Below, one piece after another: positions 61,048 through 64,000 of a stretch of DNA of 64,000 nt. Under the pieces are notes generated by a model that did not search any database, was not told the DNA's origin, and worked only from the letters and a program-made list of their open reading frames with translations. Each line of letters opens with the position of its first letter. The stretch's first letter is position 1. Both the position numbers and the translations under genes were made by a program. The stretch is from an uncultured Candidatus Rokubacteria bacterium (lineage in GTDB: Bacteria > Methylomirabilota > Methylomirabilia > Rokubacteriales > DASRDR01): positions 128,001 to 192,000 of the forward strand of contig CAVPSB010000015.1 of the NCBI GenBank assembly GCA_963708025.1. Direction: 5' to 3'.

Positions 61048-62304
61048 CTAGAAGCTCCACTGGATGCCGACCAGCGGCGTGACATCGTCGCGGAGACCGG
61101 TGTTGTTCAGGGCGACCAGCAGGTTGAACAGGATGAGGACATTCTGCCAGGGGTTGATCTTCACGCCGAACGCCGCGTTGATGATGTTGTCGTCGGAGAT
61201 CTCGTTCGAGCCGAGCGGCCGGCCGGCCTTCGGCCGATTGTTGTCGATCACGTACCGCCCGAGCAGATCGAACGCGAACGTCACGCGCGGGATGATCGCC
61301 CAGTCGAACCCCAGCGTGTAGAACAGCTCGTTGTCGATCTCGGACGTGTCCCCGAGGTCGAAGCCGACGTTGATGTGGGGCGAGATGCCCAGCACCTTGG
61401 CCGAGGCGATGAAGAAGGGCCGCACCCGCACCTCGCCCAGCCCCAGCAGGTTGTCCTCGTCCCCGGTCGGGAGCCGGAGGTCCAGCGCAGCCGCCATCGA
61501 GATGTCCTTCTGGCGATAGAAGTTGTACTTGCCGCGCAGCAGGATGTCGCCGATCCCGGTGGCGTCGTCCTTGGCCTGGACCGCCAGGGTGTCGGTCCCG
61601 TTCAGGAAGCGGTGGATGTCCGTGTTTCCGTCGGTGCCGGTCCGGATGATGGTGGCCACCCCTTTCACGTCCATGGAGAGATGGACGATCGGGATGGCGA
61701 TGGCGACGTCCAGGTTGTCCAGGATCCCGTAGTTCGCGGTGAAGACGAAGAGGTCCTGCTCGATCTGGGTCCGGAGGCTGGCGCTGATGGTGTCGGCCTC
61801 GAAGAAGAACGGCGGCCGGCCTCGGATGGCCCCGGTCGGCTCGTGGGTGAAGTTGACGGTCAGGCTGCCGTCGTGGAGGTCCTGGCCGTCGAGCTTGTCG
61901 AAGGTGAAGTGGGAGTAGGTGAAGCCGAGCGAGAACTTGCGGCGGCCGATGGTGTCGCCCCGCTCGGCGAAGATCGGCCCGAAGCTGTCGGTCGTGCGCG
62001 CGAACACGCCGGTGACCGGGTCGTACTGGAAGGTGAGGCCGCTGGACGGCGACGGGACGGGGAAGGTCTCGAGCTGGCCCTTCAGCGCGTCGTTGAGCGT
62101 GGTCAGCTCGCCCTTGGTGGCCACCCGGAAGTGCGCCTCGTGGCTGGGGGCGCCACCGCCCGGCGGCGCCAGGATGATCCCGTCGGCTCCGAACAGGTTC
62201 GGGATGAGATCGGCCAAGCCCGCCGTGGCCGGGCGACCGGACAGAGCGAGACTGGTGAGTGCGAACGCCGCGATCCAGCGCACGGTGATACTACCCTTCC
62301 TCAT
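61048..62304 (-). CDS. Outer-membrane beta-barrel channel (MetA-pathway/SphA-like)
   Basis: Signal peptide, GIGDILLRGKY, LRLPTGD, amphipathic strands, terminal GIQWSF. Confidence 0.75.
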   Translation of the reverse strand: MRKGSITVRWIAAFALTSLALSGRPATAGLADLIPNLFGADGIILAPPGGGAPSHEAHFRVATKGELTTLNDALKGQLETFPVPSPSSGLTFQYDPVTGVFARTTDSFGPIFAERGDTIGRRKFSLGFTYSHFTFDKLDGQDLHDGSLTVNFTHEPTGAIRGRPPFFFEADTISASLRTQIEQDLFVFTANYGILDNLDVAIAIPIVHLSMDVKGVATIIRTGTDGNTDIHRFLNGTDTLAVQAKDDATGIGDILLRGKYNFYRQKDISMAAALDLRLPTGDEDNLLGLGEVRVRPFFIASAKVLGISPHINVGFDLGDTSEIDNELFYTLGFDWAIIPRVTFAFDLLGRYVIDNNRPKAGRPLGSNEISDDNIINAAFGVKINPWQNVLILFNLLVALNNTGLRDDVTPLVGIQWSF

Positions 62305-62438
62305 GCGTGCCCTCCCCGAACTCTGACGATGAGGTTCGGCCCAAGCTCTCGGACGGGATCGATGCGGCGAAAAGTCTACCACGAGCGCGACGCGGCACAC
62401 GAGAATCCGAGCGCGCCGGCTGCGTTCCCTTCGGGAGG

Positions 62439-62937
62439 CTAGTCCCGGAACTCCTGGTCGAGAATCTCCCGGATGAACCGATCGAGCGAGACCGGATAGA
62501 ACCGGGCGTCGGGCGCGTGGATGACGCCGGTGTTCGATCACCTCGCGCCGGGCCAGGTCGTCCAGCACCCGCTCGAGGTGCTCGGGCGCGGCCCGCTCGT
62601 GGCGTCGGATCGAGAGGTCCTCGCTCTCCAGCATCAGACGGGGCGCGTAGCGGAAGCTGAAGACCCGGGCGATGACGGCGCGATCCATCAGCTCGCGCTC
62701 GGCGAAGACCTCGCCGTAGGTCGGGCCTCCGCTCCCCAGGCCCAGCACGAGGCGGGGGGAGACGCGGATCCTGCCGCACACCTCGACCGAGCGGCCGGTG
62801 TGCTCGCGCTCGGGGGCGACGAGGACATAGGGCAGAACGTGATAGCCCGTGACGATGCCGGTCAGGGGCTTTCTCACGATCTCGGTTTGCTCGAAGACGT
62901 GGCGCAGCCGCTCGGAGTCCTGCCAGTCGTCGCCCAT
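62439..62937 (-). CDS. Conserved-looking hypothetical protein; frameshift at ~62534
   Basis: FEQTEIVRKP..GYHVLPY; removing 1 nt gives ..TGVIHAPDARFYPVSLDRFIREILDQEFRD*; TACACT 7 nt before ATG. Confidence 0.7.
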
Positions 62938-63142
62938 CGGCCCCAGTGTAGATCGAATCCGCCCGTCGCGCCCACCGCCCTCCCTCCCCGGGGAGGCCGC
63001 CGGACGGCCGCGCCCGTCCGGGTCGCAAAGGGGAATTGTGGACATCGGGGTGAATGTGCTACACATGGGCAACTCGTTGGGGTCCCGGTCGGCACCCGGC
63101 TCCTCCATCTCGCGAGGAGCAACCAAGGGAGGGTGTGTCGTC

Positions 63143-64000
63143 GTGAGTGCGTGGCGGGTGGGCGGCGTGTCCGGCAGTTGTGGCCTCGTTCTCATGCTCC
63201 TGGCGGGATCGTTGTGGGCCCAGTCTCCCGGCGTGGGTGAGCCAGTCGAGTCGGGGGTCCGCTCGGAGCGCGTCCGTGATCTCCTGGCGCAGCGGATCCA
63301 GCGGCGCCCTGCCGAGGAGGAGCCGAAGCCGGAGCCGGCGGCGCCCGGGGCGCCCGGGGCTCCCGCCGCGCCGGGGGCGCCGGCCGAGGGTGGCCCACCC
63401 CTGCGCACCCCGGCCGATCCGCCCCTGGGAGTGGCCGGGCAGTCCGGGATCCCCCTGGTGAGCCAGACCACCTCGGACTTCCTGCCGCTTCCCGATCGCT
63501 GGCGGACGGGCTTCCCCCGCTGGGACCGCTACGGTCGCTCCTTCGATCTGCCCTACGCCGAGGGCAAGTGGTGGGACCCCTACACCCAGAGCGTGATCAA
63601 GGGGGACTACCCGATCTGGGGCCAGTACACCTTCTTCTCGCTCACCGCGATCAGCGACACGCTGATCGAGGCCCGCAAGCTCCCGACCCCGGCCGGCATC
63701 TCGCCCGCCCGGGCGAACCAGAACCCGTTCTTCGGCGAGGGCGAGCAGCTCTTCTGGAACCAGAACTTCATCCTGACCTTCGAGCTGTTCCACGGCCTGA
63801 CCGCCTTCCGGCCGCGCGACTGGGAGATCCGATTCACCCCCGTGATCCAGTTCAACTACCTGGACACGCGGGAGACGGGCGCGGTCAACGTCGACCCCGG
63901 CAAGAGCACCAGCCGGTTCGACACCGACGTGATCGGGATCCAGGAGGCGCTGGTCGAGTACCACATCGCCGACCTGTCGCCCTACTACGACTTCGTCTCG
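63143..64000 (+). CDS. Large secreted/outer-membrane hypothetical protein, runs off window (absent from ORF track)
   Basis: GTG 63143 after AAGGGAGG; signal-like LVLMLLAGSLWAQ; PA-rich linker; PDRWR..WWDPY.QSVIKGDYPIWG; no stop to 64000. Confidence 0.8.
   Translation, partial: MSAWRVGGVSGSCGLVLMLLAGSLWAQSPGVGEPVESGVRSERVRDLLAQRIQRRPAEEEPKPEPAAPGAPGAPAAPGAPAEGGPPLRTPADPPLGVAGQSGIPLVSQTTSDFLPLPDRWRTGFPRWDRYGRSFDLPYAEGKWWDPYTQSVIKGDYPIWGQYTFFSLTAISDTLIEARKLPTPAGISPARANQNPFFGEGEQLFWNQNFILTFELFHGLTAFRPRDWEIRFTPVIQFNYLDTRETGAVNVDPGKSTSRFDTDVIGIQEALVEYHIADLSPYYDFVS

Noticed and set aside
61048-63471. 807-aa ORF as one protein
   Set aside because: A frameshift at ~62534 artificially joins two genes, each with its own start, plus antisense shadow

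Overview
A very GC-rich, gene-dense bacterial window. Gene content (PF04392 binding protein, many ABC systems, Uma2, VapBC) resembles Candidatus Rokubacteria/Methylomirabilota, which is an inference only. About 11 genes carry 1-bp (one 4-bp) frameshifts that look like long-read errors. In order, it holds: aromatic/acyl-CoA catabolic genes including a LigW-like decarboxylase; a UDP-L-6-deoxy-HexNAc sugar cassette; a dipeptide-type ABC operon with an amidase; an unusual single-module NRPS (C-A-T-C*, no TE) co-oriented with sulfotransferase, epimerase, TylF methyltransferase and GT2-FkbM genes; a secreted collagen-like protein; a polyamine-type ABC operon; two VapBC modules (one on a ~1 kb islet bounded by a 47-bp direct repeat); cupin, Mo-hydroxylase and FAD-monooxygenase genes; and an ATP-grasp/GCS2/M29 peptidase/second ligase/esterase locus with a G-rich palindromic repeat at every junction. 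No rRNA, tRNA, CRISPR, integrase or transposase was recognised. The best candidates for undescribed systems are the NRPS-sulfo-glyco cluster (21.5-31 kb) and the peptide-ligase locus with its repeat family (53.8-59.2 kb).
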